Shown here in pieces: positions 20,701 through 29,606 of a stretch of DNA of 64,000 nt (its first letter is position 1; each line of letters opens with the position of its first letter). The notes under the pieces were generated by a model. That model did not search any database and had not been told where the DNA came from. It worked only from the letters and a program-made list of their open reading frames with translations. A program made the translations under genes and the position numbers. Origin of the DNA: Bacillota bacterium (lineage in GTDB: Bacteria > Bacillota > JAAYKD01); contig OY762825.2 in assembly GCA_963666425.2 (NCBI GenBank), positions 192,001 to 256,000 on the forward strand, in the 5' to 3' direction.

Positions 20701-20974
20701 CAATTTGTGTTACATTGACATTGTCTATCACACTGGGGATGACAATCGAACTATCGGAACCGTAATAAGCCGAGATGGTGCCGGTTGTTGGATCAAAAGC
20801 AAAATCAGCAGGATCCGTTACAGAAGCTTCGACAGACATGGAAGCAAGCAATTCAGGCCGAATTTGTGGTTTTTCAATTTGTTCTGCCAATACCATTGAA
20901 AAAGGAACCGTGATATAAAATAGCATACCAACTGCAAGAGCTATGACAAATGTCAATTTAGGTATTCTAAACAT
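17765..20974 (-). CDS. Secreted BspA-type leucine-rich-repeat (LRR_5) surface protein
   Basis: Signal peptide; many roughly 23-aa repeats LxxIxIPxxVxxIGxxAFxxCxxL; ATG 20974 after GGAGGG. Confidence 0.93.
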   Translation of the reverse strand: MFRIPKLTFVIALAVGMLFYITVPFSMVLAEQIEKPQIRPELLASMSVEASVTDPADFAFDPTTGTISAYYGSDSSIVIPSVIDNVNVTQIADYTFRWRTNLTSVSIPNGVTSIGMFSFYLCSNLSTVSLPDSLINIGSCAFQGCSQLTSITLPSSLSSLGGGAFLDCSGLQSIEVEAGNLYFASLNGVLFNKELSVLLIVPTTLSGAYTVPNGVNTISEGALRNCLNLTSISIPDSVTIIGKYAFQNCNRLISINLPNNLTSLEESVFQDCSSLLSISIPNSISCFANAVFQGCSNLMSITLPDRLISIGSNIFQGCSSLTAVTLPNSLTFIGSCTFQDCINLGSVTLPSNLTAITESMFQNCYSLGSISLPDGITSIGAKAFSSCASLASVILAGNIKTIGSDAFFCSGLTDLRISNGVEAIGAYAFYGCIGLTNLTLPDSITSIDKGAFFGCSDLINIVFSNNITEIKSSTFAFCTNLNEVNIPSRVTLISNMAFSNCSSLSEITLPASLTNFGNGVFENCTNLVSIVLPANLTNIGNSMFSGCSKLTHVDLQDKIISIGDYAFSGCLLLSDIVIPNSVITIGKNAFSGFCGLTAVNLSANLESIGEGAFSSCIYLTSITIPSKVTYVGSFAFSGCDNLRSAYIVGSLESISERMFYDCINLTTIIIANGVKCIETEAFYNCQNLVSVNIPGSVSNIGQGAFADCSKLRSVTIANGVTDIEIGAFSYCDSLSRITLPSSLTNLEDDAFRRCRNLVAAYFEGDVPANLGLFTFGDVRYDTNESFILYYQENALGFTTSILSAYSHAVYAPSSASAIIETMNFRFDPDAGTILDYIGSDAAVVIPITINDIAVTKIGTYAFSHCTGLTGVTLPESLVSIAAYAFYNCSSLEVLCIPKNVTSIDNNAFFNCSKLNSMYFYGNAPSLGTSVFDNLSTEFVIHYLQKSTGFDTASWSGYTTDSSDYLYTAMINNNLARSINSLSGDAHVYIYNHKDSSSTVNVFLAIYSSNNKLVSLTSHAGILQIGDNTIDFNNVSVSDATELGYNLKIFILEIADTITPLSLPLVCSID

Positions 20975-21402
20975 AACAATCCCCTCCATCAAATTGATTA
21001 GAACCAATTAGGAATAATATACCATTTGTATCGATTAAAAGCAATATAATTTTACCAATATTATGCATAAAATATCGTAATCTGATGGAACAGTTGGAGA
21101 GAACACTATGTTAAAAGTATGAATATTAGTTTCTGAGGGTATTTCACTTGGTTGAAAAGTTAGCCATTACATAGTATAATAAAGCAATCGTTCGGACCTT
21201 TGCTTTCTTTGTTTTCAAAAAAAACTGAAGTAAAAGATATAGCTGCAGGGAAGCATGATGCTGCAATATTCGCTTCTCCTACTTGTGACGATTTCCACCC
21301 TTGGCTGACACCAACGTAATCGAAAGAAGATTTGGTTTTATAAAACTGCCGCCATACACAGCAATAAGAAAATCTCTCCCGAGAAGAAAAGGAAGGTTAC
21401 CC

Positions 21403-22989
21403 ATGGCATTTCTTGTGCAAAGTCTTCGCATCCCCTTAGAAGAGCGGGGTCGGGTTCTGCCGTACTTAGCGGAACGCATCGGTTGTCCAATCAGCGAGAT
21501 AGAGAACCTGCAGATCGTTCATGAAGCCATCGATGCCAGGCGCAGCCAGATTAATTTTGTTTATCACCTCGAGTTTGAGCTCAAACAACCGCAAAAATGG
21601 CTGCAGCGTTCGCGCATCCCCCTGCTGCCGGCGCCGGTTCGCGAGTATGTCTCACCGCATCCCGGCAGCTTGAAATTGGCGCATGCGCCGGTGATTGTGG
21701 GAGCAGGACCTGCCGGCTTATTTGCCGCCTTGCTTTTTGCGGAAAACGGTTATCAACCGCTTTTATTGGAAAGGGGAGGCCCAATTGAAGAACGCGTCAA
21801 AGCGGTCGAACAATTCTGGCAGAGCGGAACGCTTGATCCGCAAAGCAACGTGCAATTCGGCGAAGGCGGAGCCGGTACCTTCTCGGACGGAAAACTGACC
21901 ACGCAGATTCGCGATCCGCGTATCTTTCAGGTTTTAAAGCAATTTGTGGCTGCCGGCGCACCGGCGGATATTCTTTACAGTCATAAACCGCATATCGGGA
22001 CAGATCGTCTGCGCCAAATCATGATCCGCATGCGGCAGCGAATCCTTGCCTTAGGCGGACAAATCCATTTCTATGCCTGTTTGGATCATTTGTTCCTGGC
22101 AGAGGATCGCCTGCAAGGAATCCGCCTGACTGACGGCAATGAAATTGCCGCAGAAGCTCTGATCTTGGCCATCGGGCACAGTGCCAGAGACACCTTTGCC
22201 AATCTCTTTGCACAAAACCTGGCGATGGAAAGCAAAGCGTTTTCTTTGGGCGTGCGCATCGAACACCTGCAAAGCTGGATTGATGCAGCGCAATATGGCA
22301 GTTTAGCCGGACACCCAAAGCTTGATGCTGCCGATTATAAATTGGTCTACCATGCCAAGAGCGGCAGAACTGTCTATAGCTTTTGTATGTGCCCCGGCGG
22401 GCAGGTGGTTGCCTCCGCCAGTGAGCCGGGATATTTGGTCACCAACGGCATGAGCTACCATGCCAGAGACGGCAAAAACGCCAACAGCGGTCTGTTGGTG
22501 GCTGTTTCACCGCAGGATTATGGCTCCGATGCTCCTTTGGCGGGTATGGAATTCCAAAGGAAATGGGAAGCGTTGGCGTACGCTGCCGGCGGAGCTGCTT
22601 TTCGCGCGCCGCTGCAGCGTCTGGATGATTTCCTGTTGGGAACCGTGACTAAGGAGCCCAAGGCAGTGTTGCCAACTTACCGCCCCGGTGTGGAAATTGC
22701 CGATCTGAATCGCTGTCTGCCGGAATATGTCAGTGAGGCTTTACGGGAAGCAATCCCGGCTTTGGCTCGGAAACTCAAAGGATTTGATCAGCCAGAGGCA
22801 ATCCTAACCGGCATTGAAACACGCAGTTCATCGCCTTTGCGTATTTTACGCAATGAAAACGGTGAAAGCTCGATCAAAGGCCTTTACCCTGCGGGAGAAG
22901 GAGCCGGTTATGCCGGTGGCATCGTTTCTTCCGCAGTGGACGGATTAAGAGCTGCCGAACAGATTATCCAGCAATATGCTCCGAGGTGA
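21403..22989 (+). CDS. NAD(P)/FAD-dependent oxidoreductase (uncharacterised FAD-dependent dehydrogenase family)
   Basis: GAGPAG, SNVQFGEGGAGTFSDGKL, KPHIGTD, SFCMCPGG, ETRSSSP, GEGAGYAGGI. Confidence 0.88.
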   Translation: MAFLVQSLRIPLEERGRVLPYLAERIGCPISEIENLQIVHEAIDARRSQINFVYHLEFELKQPQKWLQRSRIPLLPAPVREYVSPHPGSLKLAHAPVIVGAGPAGLFAALLFAENGYQPLLLERGGPIEERVKAVEQFWQSGTLDPQSNVQFGEGGAGTFSDGKLTTQIRDPRIFQVLKQFVAAGAPADILYSHKPHIGTDRLRQIMIRMRQRILALGGQIHFYACLDHLFLAEDRLQGIRLTDGNEIAAEALILAIGHSARDTFANLFAQNLAMESKAFSLGVRIEHLQSWIDAAQYGSLAGHPKLDAADYKLVYHAKSGRTVYSFCMCPGGQVVASASEPGYLVTNGMSYHARDGKNANSGLLVAVSPQDYGSDAPLAGMEFQRKWEALAYAAGGAAFRAPLQRLDDFLLGTVTKEPKAVLPTYRPGVEIADLNRCLPEYVSEALREAIPALARKLKGFDQPEAILTGIETRSSSPLRILRNENGESSIKGLYPAGEGAGYAGGIVSSAVDGLRAAEQIIQQYAPR

Positions 22990-22993
22990 CAGC

Positions 22994-24247
22994 ATGGCAA
23001 ACGAGCAAAAAAATTACGATATCGCGGTTTTAGGTGGCGGAGCGGCCGGAATGATGGCCGCTATTGCGGCTCATCGCACCAATCCGCTGCTGAAAATATT
23101 GATCTTGGATAAGAACGATCAATTGGGGCGTAAATTACTGGCTACCGGCAACGGGCGATGCAATTTCAGCAATGCCGATCAATCGCTGCAGAATTATCGC
23201 AGCAACGACCCGCAGATTGTCAGACAAGTGCTGCAGAATTTTGGTTTAGAGCAGACGCTGGACTTTTTCCATCGGCTCGGTCTGCACTTGCATTGTGAAG
23301 AAACACGTTATTATCCACGCAGCAATCAAGGAAAAATCGTTCGTGAGCTTTTGAAAAACGAGATTGACAGTTACCCCCTAACGCAGCTGTTAAACACGCC
23401 TGTGCGTGAAATCGAGGCATTAGCACAGGGTTTCCGTTTGTCGTCGGTAAATGGAACGCTTGGCACTGCCCGCAAACTGATTCTATGCAGCGGTGGCGCG
23501 GCGGCGCCGCAATTAGGAACGAGCGGTGATTTTTATGCTTGGCTGCAAAAGATGAATCATCGTGTTCTTGCGCCGGTCCCCGCTTTGATGCCCCTGCATT
23601 TAGAAATGAATCACTTGAAAAAGCTTGCCGGGATTCGTTTTGAGGGTAAAGCGAGCTTACTGATCGATGGCGAAAAGACAGTCCAATCGGAAGGGGAGTT
23701 CCTCTGGACTAATTATGGAATTTCCGGCATTCCAACGCTGGAACTCAGCCGGTTTGCCTCAAGAGCGCTTTACGAAAAAAAAGCGCTGCAGCTGCAGCTG
23801 GATTTTTTACCGGAATTTAACCTTCAAGCAGCACAAAATCTGGTATTCGACTGGCTGATGCAGGACGCCAGTCAAGTCACTGTCTCACTGAGCGGTTTGC
23901 TGCACAGCGATCTGGCAGCTTTCTTGGTCGGGAAGGTGGAGCAGCAAATTGGCGCAATTCGCTTCCTGCATCCCGGGCAAGCCGGTTTTTTAGCAAACCT
24001 GCTGAAAGAGTATACGGTCAGTGTCAGCGGCTGTAAAGACTGGTCGAATGCTCAGACTACCTGCGGCGGCGTGCTTTTGAGTGAAATAAATCCTACAACT
24101 ATGGAATCAAAACGGCAAGAGAATTTGTTCCTTGCCGGAGAAGTCCTTGATGTGGATGGAAACTGTGGTGGGTATAATTTACAATGGGCTTGGTCATCCG
24201 GCTTTCTGGCTGGCAGAGGCGCCGCACTGGTCAGCCGGGAGAAGTAA
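22994..24247 (+). CDS. HI0933/BaiN family flavoprotein
   Basis: GGGAAG, GRKLLATGNGRCN, TCGGV, AGEVLDVDGNCGGYNLQWAWSSG. Confidence 0.9.
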   Translation: MANEQKNYDIAVLGGGAAGMMAAIAAHRTNPLLKILILDKNDQLGRKLLATGNGRCNFSNADQSLQNYRSNDPQIVRQVLQNFGLEQTLDFFHRLGLHLHCEETRYYPRSNQGKIVRELLKNEIDSYPLTQLLNTPVREIEALAQGFRLSSVNGTLGTARKLILCSGGAAAPQLGTSGDFYAWLQKMNHRVLAPVPALMPLHLEMNHLKKLAGIRFEGKASLLIDGEKTVQSEGEFLWTNYGISGIPTLELSRFASRALYEKKALQLQLDFLPEFNLQAAQNLVFDWLMQDASQVTVSLSGLLHSDLAAFLVGKVEQQIGAIRFLHPGQAGFLANLLKEYTVSVSGCKDWSNAQTTCGGVLLSEINPTTMESKRQENLFLAGEVLDVDGNCGGYNLQWAWSSGFLAGRGAALVSREK

Positions 24248-24260
24248 TTTCTGCGTTTAA

Positions 24261-24338
24261 AAAGCCTGAGTCAGTGTCTTTTTTGACAACTCCGTTTTTT
24301 AGTGGAGCTTGTCTCTTTCAGACACTGACTCAGGCTTT
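24261..24338. terminator. Long compound inverted repeat between convergent genes
   Basis: 19-bp perfect arms AAAGCCTGAGTCAGTGTCT/AGACACTGACTCAGGCTTT with an inner GACAACTCC/GGAGcTTGTC stem. Confidence 0.65.
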
Positions 24339-24398
24339 CCGCTATGCAGTTTTTTTATGTTATCATCTCATTTCCATTCGTTGTCTATTTCTTTAAGA

Positions 24399-25598
24399 TT
24401 ATGATAGTTTTGTGAAAACTGTTTCGATGCGCTCTAAAGCCCAATCGAGTTCCGGTTTGCTGATGATCAGAGGCGGGGTGAAGCGGATGGTGGTGGCATG
24501 TGTCTCTTTGCAGAGCAGACCTTCTGCCATCAGCGCTTCACAGTATTTGCGGGCATTGCCGTATTCCGGTTTGATTTCCACGCCGATCATCAATCCTTTG
24601 CAGCGAATTTCTTTTACGGCAGGACAGACAATTGCTTTAAGCCTTTCGGAGAAATAGTCACCCATTTCGGCAGCACGAGCCGGCAGATCCTCCTCGATCA
24701 AAACATCCAAAGCAGCGATGCCGATGGCCGCGGCCAAAGGATTGCCACCGAAGGTGGAACCATGATCGCCAGGTGAAAAGACGGACATGATAGCGCGATC
24801 AGCTAAAACCACCGAGATCGGATAAACGCCGCCGCCCAGGGCTTTGGCTAAAATCAAGAGATCCGGTTTGACATTCTCATGTTCAAAACAGAACATTTTG
24901 CCGGTGCGGCCTAAGCCGACCTGAATTTCATCAAAAATCAGCAGAACATGATGTTGATCCGCGATTCGGCGGAGCTGCTGCAAATACCCTTGCGGCGGGA
25001 TAATCACACCGCCTTCTCCCTGAATCGGTTCCACTAAAATAGCGCAGGTGTTCTGATCAATCAACTGCTCGATCGCCTGACTGTCGCCATAAGCTGCAAC
25101 GCGAAAACCGGGTGTGAAGGGACCGAAACCATCCTGATATTGTTCTTCGGTCGAAAAGGAAATCACGGTTACGGTACGGCCGTGGAAGTTATTAGCGCAG
25201 ACAATGATGTTGCATTGATTCTTGGCAATGCCCTTGACTTTTTCTCCCCATTTGCGGGCGATTTTGATGGCTGATTCCACTGCTTCCGCACCGGTATTCA
25301 TGGGCAGCGCTTGCTCATAACCGGCCAGATCCGCAATCTTTTTCAAAAATAACCCCATTTGGTTATTAACAAAAGCGCGGGACGTGATCGTGATTTTACC
25401 CATTTGCTCGATCGCTGCTTTGATGATTCTTGGATGACAATGTCCTTGATTGACGGCAGAATAGGAAGCCAGCATATCGAGATATTTTCTGCCTTCCGTA
25501 TCCCATACCCAGCATCCCTGACCTTGTTCGATCACAACGGGCAGCGGCTTATAGTTGTGTGCGCCGTATTGATCTTCTAATTTTAAGTACTCCTGCAT
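24399..25598 (-). CDS. rocD: Ornithine--oxo-acid aminotransferase
   Basis: GAHNYKPLPVV, YSAVNQGHCHP, PMNTGAEAVE, NFHGRT, EPIQGEGG, DEIQVGLGRTG, HGSTFGGNP, LCKETH; ATG 25598 after AAGGA. Confidence 0.93.
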   Translation of the reverse strand: MQEYLKLEDQYGAHNYKPLPVVIEQGQGCWVWDTEGRKYLDMLASYSAVNQGHCHPRIIKAAIEQMGKITITSRAFVNNQMGLFLKKIADLAGYEQALPMNTGAEAVESAIKIARKWGEKVKGIAKNQCNIIVCANNFHGRTVTVISFSTEEQYQDGFGPFTPGFRVAAYGDSQAIEQLIDQNTCAILVEPIQGEGGVIIPPQGYLQQLRRIADQHHVLLIFDEIQVGLGRTGKMFCFEHENVKPDLLILAKALGGGVYPISVVLADRAIMSVFSPGDHGSTFGGNPLAAAIGIAALDVLIEEDLPARAAEMGDYFSERLKAIVCPAVKEIRCKGLMIGVEIKPEYGNARKYCEALMAEGLLCKETHATTIRFTPPLIISKPELDWALERIETVFTKLS

Positions 25599-25739
25599 AG
25601 CATCCTTCCTTTCCTGCAATTTGGCACAGTTCCTTAATATAACTCGGTGTAATCGAATCAAACATGGAACCAAAACGAAGAATAGTGTATAAAAATACTA
25701 TGAATTGATTTGATATACACGGATATTATATTATTCTAT

Positions 25740-25768
25740 ATCATATCAGCCCAAATGCTGTATGTCAA
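25740..25768 (-). promoter_or_regulatory. Sigma-A promoter for rocD
   Basis: Minus strand TTGACA-17 bp-TATGAT. Confidence 0.65.
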
Positions 25769-25880
25769 GCCGGAGACTACAGATTATTCAACGGAAGCAC
25801 TTATTGTGCTTTAACGGCAAATGTGATATGATTATTTTGTTACAGTGCAAACTTATAAAAGTAGAGAAGGAGTGTTTTTA

Positions 25881-27125
25881 ATGGACAGAAATACATTATT
25901 GAACGAAGGTATTCTGGCGAAATTTCTCCGTTACGTGGAAATGGATTCACAATCCCGCGATGGCAGCACGACAGTCCCCAGCTCCGACTGCCAGCTCAAA
26001 TTGGCAGCAGTATTAAAAGAGGAATTACTTACTTTGGGTTTAAAAGATGCGATTGTCGATGAGTTCGGAATTGTTACTGCCACGCTGCCGGCAACCGCGG
26101 GCAAAGAAAACACACCGGCGATTGGCTATTTAGCCCATATGGATACGGTTCCGGCTGTGCCTGCTTCTAATGTCAAACCTCAGGTAATTCACAATTATGA
26201 TGGCGGTAAAATTGTGCTCGCTTCCGGTGACGTAATTGATCCGGACGTTTGTAAAGAATTGAAACTGGCAGTCGGGCATGATCTGGTTACTTCCGATGGC
26301 AGTACTTTGCTTGGTGCTGACGATAAGAGCGGTATTGCAGCAATCATGGAAGCAATCTGCCGGATGCTGAAAGACGACAAGCTGGTCCATGGACCTTTTA
26401 AAGTAGGATTTACCGTTGACGAAGAGATAGGCTCCGGCATACAGCATTTTAATGTCAAACGTTTTGGAGCAGAAGTTGCATATACGCTCGATGGCGGCAC
26501 GATCGGCGATTATCAGGATGAAACCTTTAATGCTTACAATGTGAAAGTTCATATCACCGGACGCAGCAGCCATACCGGCACTGCCAAAGGTGTGATGATC
26601 AATGCCATGCATATGGCAGCCCAGCTCTGCGCCGCGATCCCGGCCAATATGCGCCCGGAAACGACGGACGGTTATGATGGATTTGTGCATCCCAATACGA
26701 TTAGCGGCACCTTTGAAACCATCACGATGAGCATGATTCTGCGTGATTTTAACGCGGAAGGTTTAAAGCATAAAGTAGCTTGGCTGGAAGCGCAATGTGC
26801 GGCTTTACAGGCAGCTTATCCGGGCTCTTTGGTGCAAATTGTGCACACCGGCGGTTACCGCAATATGAATGAAGTACTGAAAGATCAGAAAGAAATCGTC
26901 GAGATTGCCCGTACGGCCATGATCAATTGCCAAGTGGAACCGAAGAAATCGATCGTCCGCGGCGGTACCGACGGCTCTCAATTGACCTTCATGGGTTTGC
27001 CGACCCCCAATCTGTTTTACGGTGGCTGCAACGCGCATTCCCGTGCCGAGTGGGCTTCGGTACAGTTTATGGAGAAAGCAACCGATGTGATCGTGGAAAT
27101 TGCCCGTTTATGGAGTAATCAATAG
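25881..27125 (+). CDS. pepT: Peptidase T (M20B tripeptidase)
   Basis: KFLRYV, AHMDT, SDGSTLLGADDK, FTVDEEIG, ETFNA, RGGTDG, LPTPNLF. Confidence 0.93.
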   Translation: MDRNTLLNEGILAKFLRYVEMDSQSRDGSTTVPSSDCQLKLAAVLKEELLTLGLKDAIVDEFGIVTATLPATAGKENTPAIGYLAHMDTVPAVPASNVKPQVIHNYDGGKIVLASGDVIDPDVCKELKLAVGHDLVTSDGSTLLGADDKSGIAAIMEAICRMLKDDKLVHGPFKVGFTVDEEIGSGIQHFNVKRFGAEVAYTLDGGTIGDYQDETFNAYNVKVHITGRSSHTGTAKGVMINAMHMAAQLCAAIPANMRPETTDGYDGFVHPNTISGTFETITMSMILRDFNAEGLKHKVAWLEAQCAALQAAYPGSLVQIVHTGGYRNMNEVLKDQKEIVEIARTAMINCQVEPKKSIVRGGTDGSQLTFMGLPTPNLFYGGCNAHSRAEWASVQFMEKATDVIVEIARLWSNQ

Positions 27126-27872
27126 ATGGCAAGTAAACCGGAGCGCCTCGACAAGATCCTGGTGCACATGAACATCGGCTCCCGCAGCGATATCAAAAAA
27201 ATGGCTCGTCAGGGTATGATTGAAGTGAATGGTGAGATCGTCCGCGATAGCTCCCTGCATTTCAATGCCGAGGAAGTCAGCATCAAAGTAGAGGGTAAAC
27301 CAATCAAATATAGCCGCTTCGTCTACTGGCTGATGAATAAACCGCAGGGCGTGATTACGGCAACCCGTGACGGACGCGAACGGACGGTCTGCAATTTGCT
27401 CAGTGAAGAAGATTTTCTGTTTGAACCATTCCCCATTGGGCGACTGGATCGAGACACGGAAGGATTTCTGCTGCTGACCAATGACGGGGAATTATCCCAT
27501 TTTTTGCTTTCACCCAAGTTTCATGTGCCGAAAACCTATTACCTGGAGGTAAAAGGTCTTCTGAACGAAGAGTCCGTTGCTGCCTGCAAGCTGGGGGTTA
27601 CACTTGACGATGGTTACAAAACCATGCCAGCCGAATTAAAACTGCTTTCAATGGATGCAGCAGCTTCCACTGCGGAATTAACCATTCACGAGGGAAAGTA
27701 TCACCAAGTGAAACGGATGATGGAAGCATTGGGCTGCGAAGTGACCTATCTGAAACGCATTTCTTTTGGTCCGCTGCAGATGGATGCCAATTTGCCGCTG
27801 GGGGCTTATCGCCCTTTGAGCGAAGCTGAAATCGCTGCACTGCGCAAAGCGGTAGGGCAGGACGAGAAATAA
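27126..27872 (+). CDS. RsuA-family rRNA pseudouridine synthase
   Basis: S4 domain (RLDK), NKPQG, GRLDRDTEG.LLLTNDG, HVPKTY, EGKYHQVKRM. Confidence 0.92.
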   Translation: MASKPERLDKILVHMNIGSRSDIKKMARQGMIEVNGEIVRDSSLHFNAEEVSIKVEGKPIKYSRFVYWLMNKPQGVITATRDGRERTVCNLLSEEDFLFEPFPIGRLDRDTEGFLLLTNDGELSHFLLSPKFHVPKTYYLEVKGLLNEESVAACKLGVTLDDGYKTMPAELKLLSMDAAASTAELTIHEGKYHQVKRMMEALGCEVTYLKRISFGPLQMDANLPLGAYRPLSEAEIAALRKAVGQDEK

Positions 27873-27878
27873 AAAACT

Positions 27879-27927
27879 GAAACCATCCGAAAAGTAAAGC
27901 TGAATGAATCGCCTTTCGGATGGTTTT
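27879..27927 (+). terminator. Probable terminator
   Basis: AAACCATCCGAAA...TTTCGGATGGTTT inverted repeat. Confidence 0.55.
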
Positions 27928-27987
27928 GTTATGATCGCGCAGGAAATTTTCCAGCCGCTGCGGAATGATCAAGTGAGGTGATTCTAT

Positions 27988-28494
27988 ATGCAGGACGAAA
28001 TTTTAGTGGTTCATCCCTTACAGCCGATTTATGATCAAAAATCCAAAGTCTTAATTTTGGGAACGATGCCGTCACCGGTTTCCCGGCAGGTCTTATTTTA
28101 TTATGGCCATCCGCAAAACCGATTTTGGTCGGTGATGGCAGCGATTTGCGGCGAATCTTTGCCAACGGATCAGGAAGGCAAGAAGAGTTTGGCTCTGCGG
28201 CATGGCTTTGCTCTATGGGATGTCCTGCATAGCTGTAGCATCCGCGGCGCTGAGGATACGACGATTCGCAATCCCGTGGCCAACGATTTCACCGAAGTTT
28301 TGCATTCAAGTGAGATCAGCCACATCTTTACGACCGGACTGCAGGCAACGCGGCTTTATCAGAAGCTCTGTCTAGCGCAGACTGGCATGCCGTCGGTTTA
28401 TTTGCCTTCCACCAGCGCGGCCAATAGAGGGAACTATCCTCTGCAGGAATTGCTGCAATATTATACAAAAGAATTGCAGGGATTTTTACGATGA
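27988..28494 (+). CDS. DNA-deoxyinosine glycosylase (UDG family 6)
   Basis: LILGTMPS, YYGHPQNRFW, ALWDV, LPSTSAAN. Confidence 0.88.
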   Translation: MQDEILVVHPLQPIYDQKSKVLILGTMPSPVSRQVLFYYGHPQNRFWSVMAAICGESLPTDQEGKKSLALRHGFALWDVLHSCSIRGAEDTTIRNPVANDFTEVLHSSEISHIFTTGLQATRLYQKLCLAQTGMPSVYLPSTSAANRGNYPLQELLQYYTKELQGFLR

Positions 28495-29606
28495 ACAATG
28501 GCTGGAGTGACAAACAGGTATTGCAGCTGGCAGAGCCAGGACTGCTGACGGATTTTTGCTTTCCTACGCAAGGATTGCTCGCCTGGTATGGCAAAAATGC
28601 CCGTGCTTTGCCCTGGCGGCAGCAACCGAGTGCTTATCATACCTGGATCTCGGAAATCATGCTGCAGCAAACGAGGGTAGAAACAGTGATACCCTATTAT
28701 CTGCGTTTCCTTGAGGCTTTTCCCACGGTTCAGGCATTGGCCGAAGCGGAAGAAGACCGCTTATTGAAGCTCTGGCAGGGACTTGGTTATTATAACAGAG
28801 TACGGAATATGCAAAAAGCAGCGCAGCTTCTGATGCAGAAGCAAAACAGTGATCTGCCTTCTTCGCCCGAAGAGTTGCTAAAGCTGGCCGGGATCGGTGA
28901 TTATACGGCTGCAGCCATTGCCTCGATTGCTTTCAGCGTGGTGATTCCTGTCTTGGATGGTAACGTATTGCGGGTGATGGCGCGAGTACTGGCAGTAGAA
29001 GCAGAAATAGAAACGGCTGCCGTGAAAAAAACTTTGCAGCAAATTGCCTTTACCTGGATCAGTAAAGCAATGCCGGGAGATTATAACCAGGCGATGATGG
29101 ATTTGGGTGCGACCATTTGCCTGCCGAACGGTGCTCCGCTCTGCCTAGTCTGTCCATGTCAATCTGTTTGTTTAGCCTTTCGATTGAACCGCAGCGATCT
29201 GCCAAAGCGCAAAGTCAAGACAGAACGAAAAAAACAGGCACTGACCGTCTTGTTGTTACAATCCGAAGATCACTTCCTGCTGCGTCGGCGCAGCAGCAAA
29301 GGGCTCTTAGCTAACTTGTGGGAGTTTCCCAATTTTCCGGGTCACTTAGAGGAAAACGAAATCAAACAACTGCTGCGAAATTTACAAACCCCCTTGCTTG
29401 CGATCAAACAGCTGCCAAAGGGCAGACATATCTTTACTCATATCGAGTGGGAAATGACTGCCTGGAACATCGAAATAGCCAAAGAAAATCCATTTCTTGA
29501 TGGCGTTTGGGTCACAAAAGAGGAAATGGCCAATGAATATGCCATTCCCAACGCCTTTTCCTTTCTGCTGGAACCATTATTACTGCTGAAAGAAGAGAAA
29601 CCATGA
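28491..29606 (+). CDS. mutY: A/G-specific adenine glycosylase
   Basis: WISEIMLQQT, WQGLGYY, GIGDYTA, DGNV.RV, NQAMMDLGATIC..CxxCxxxxxC, LWEFP. Confidence 0.95.
   Translation: MNNGWSDKQVLQLAEPGLLTDFCFPTQGLLAWYGKNARALPWRQQPSAYHTWISEIMLQQTRVETVIPYYLRFLEAFPTVQALAEAEEDRLLKLWQGLGYYNRVRNMQKAAQLLMQKQNSDLPSSPEELLKLAGIGDYTAAAIASIAFSVVIPVLDGNVLRVMARVLAVEAEIETAAVKKTLQQIAFTWISKAMPGDYNQAMMDLGATICLPNGAPLCLVCPCQSVCLAFRLNRSDLPKRKVKTERKKQALTVLLLQSEDHFLLRRRSSKGLLANLWEFPNFPGHLEENEIKQLLRNLQTPLLAIKQLPKGRHIFTHIEWEMTAWNIEIAKENPFLDGVWVTKEEMANEYAIPNAFSFLLEPLLLLKEEKP

Noticed and set aside
17765-20974. Periodic repeats resembling a CRISPR array or DNA repeat element
   Set aside because: They are degenerate, codon-level LRR repeats within one ORF; there are no identical repeats with unique spacers and no cas genes.
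25684-25701. ARG-box-like sequence AGTGTATAAAAATACTAT in the rocD leader
   Set aside because: Biologically plausible, but an AT-rich partial match is too weak to call without a matrix scan.
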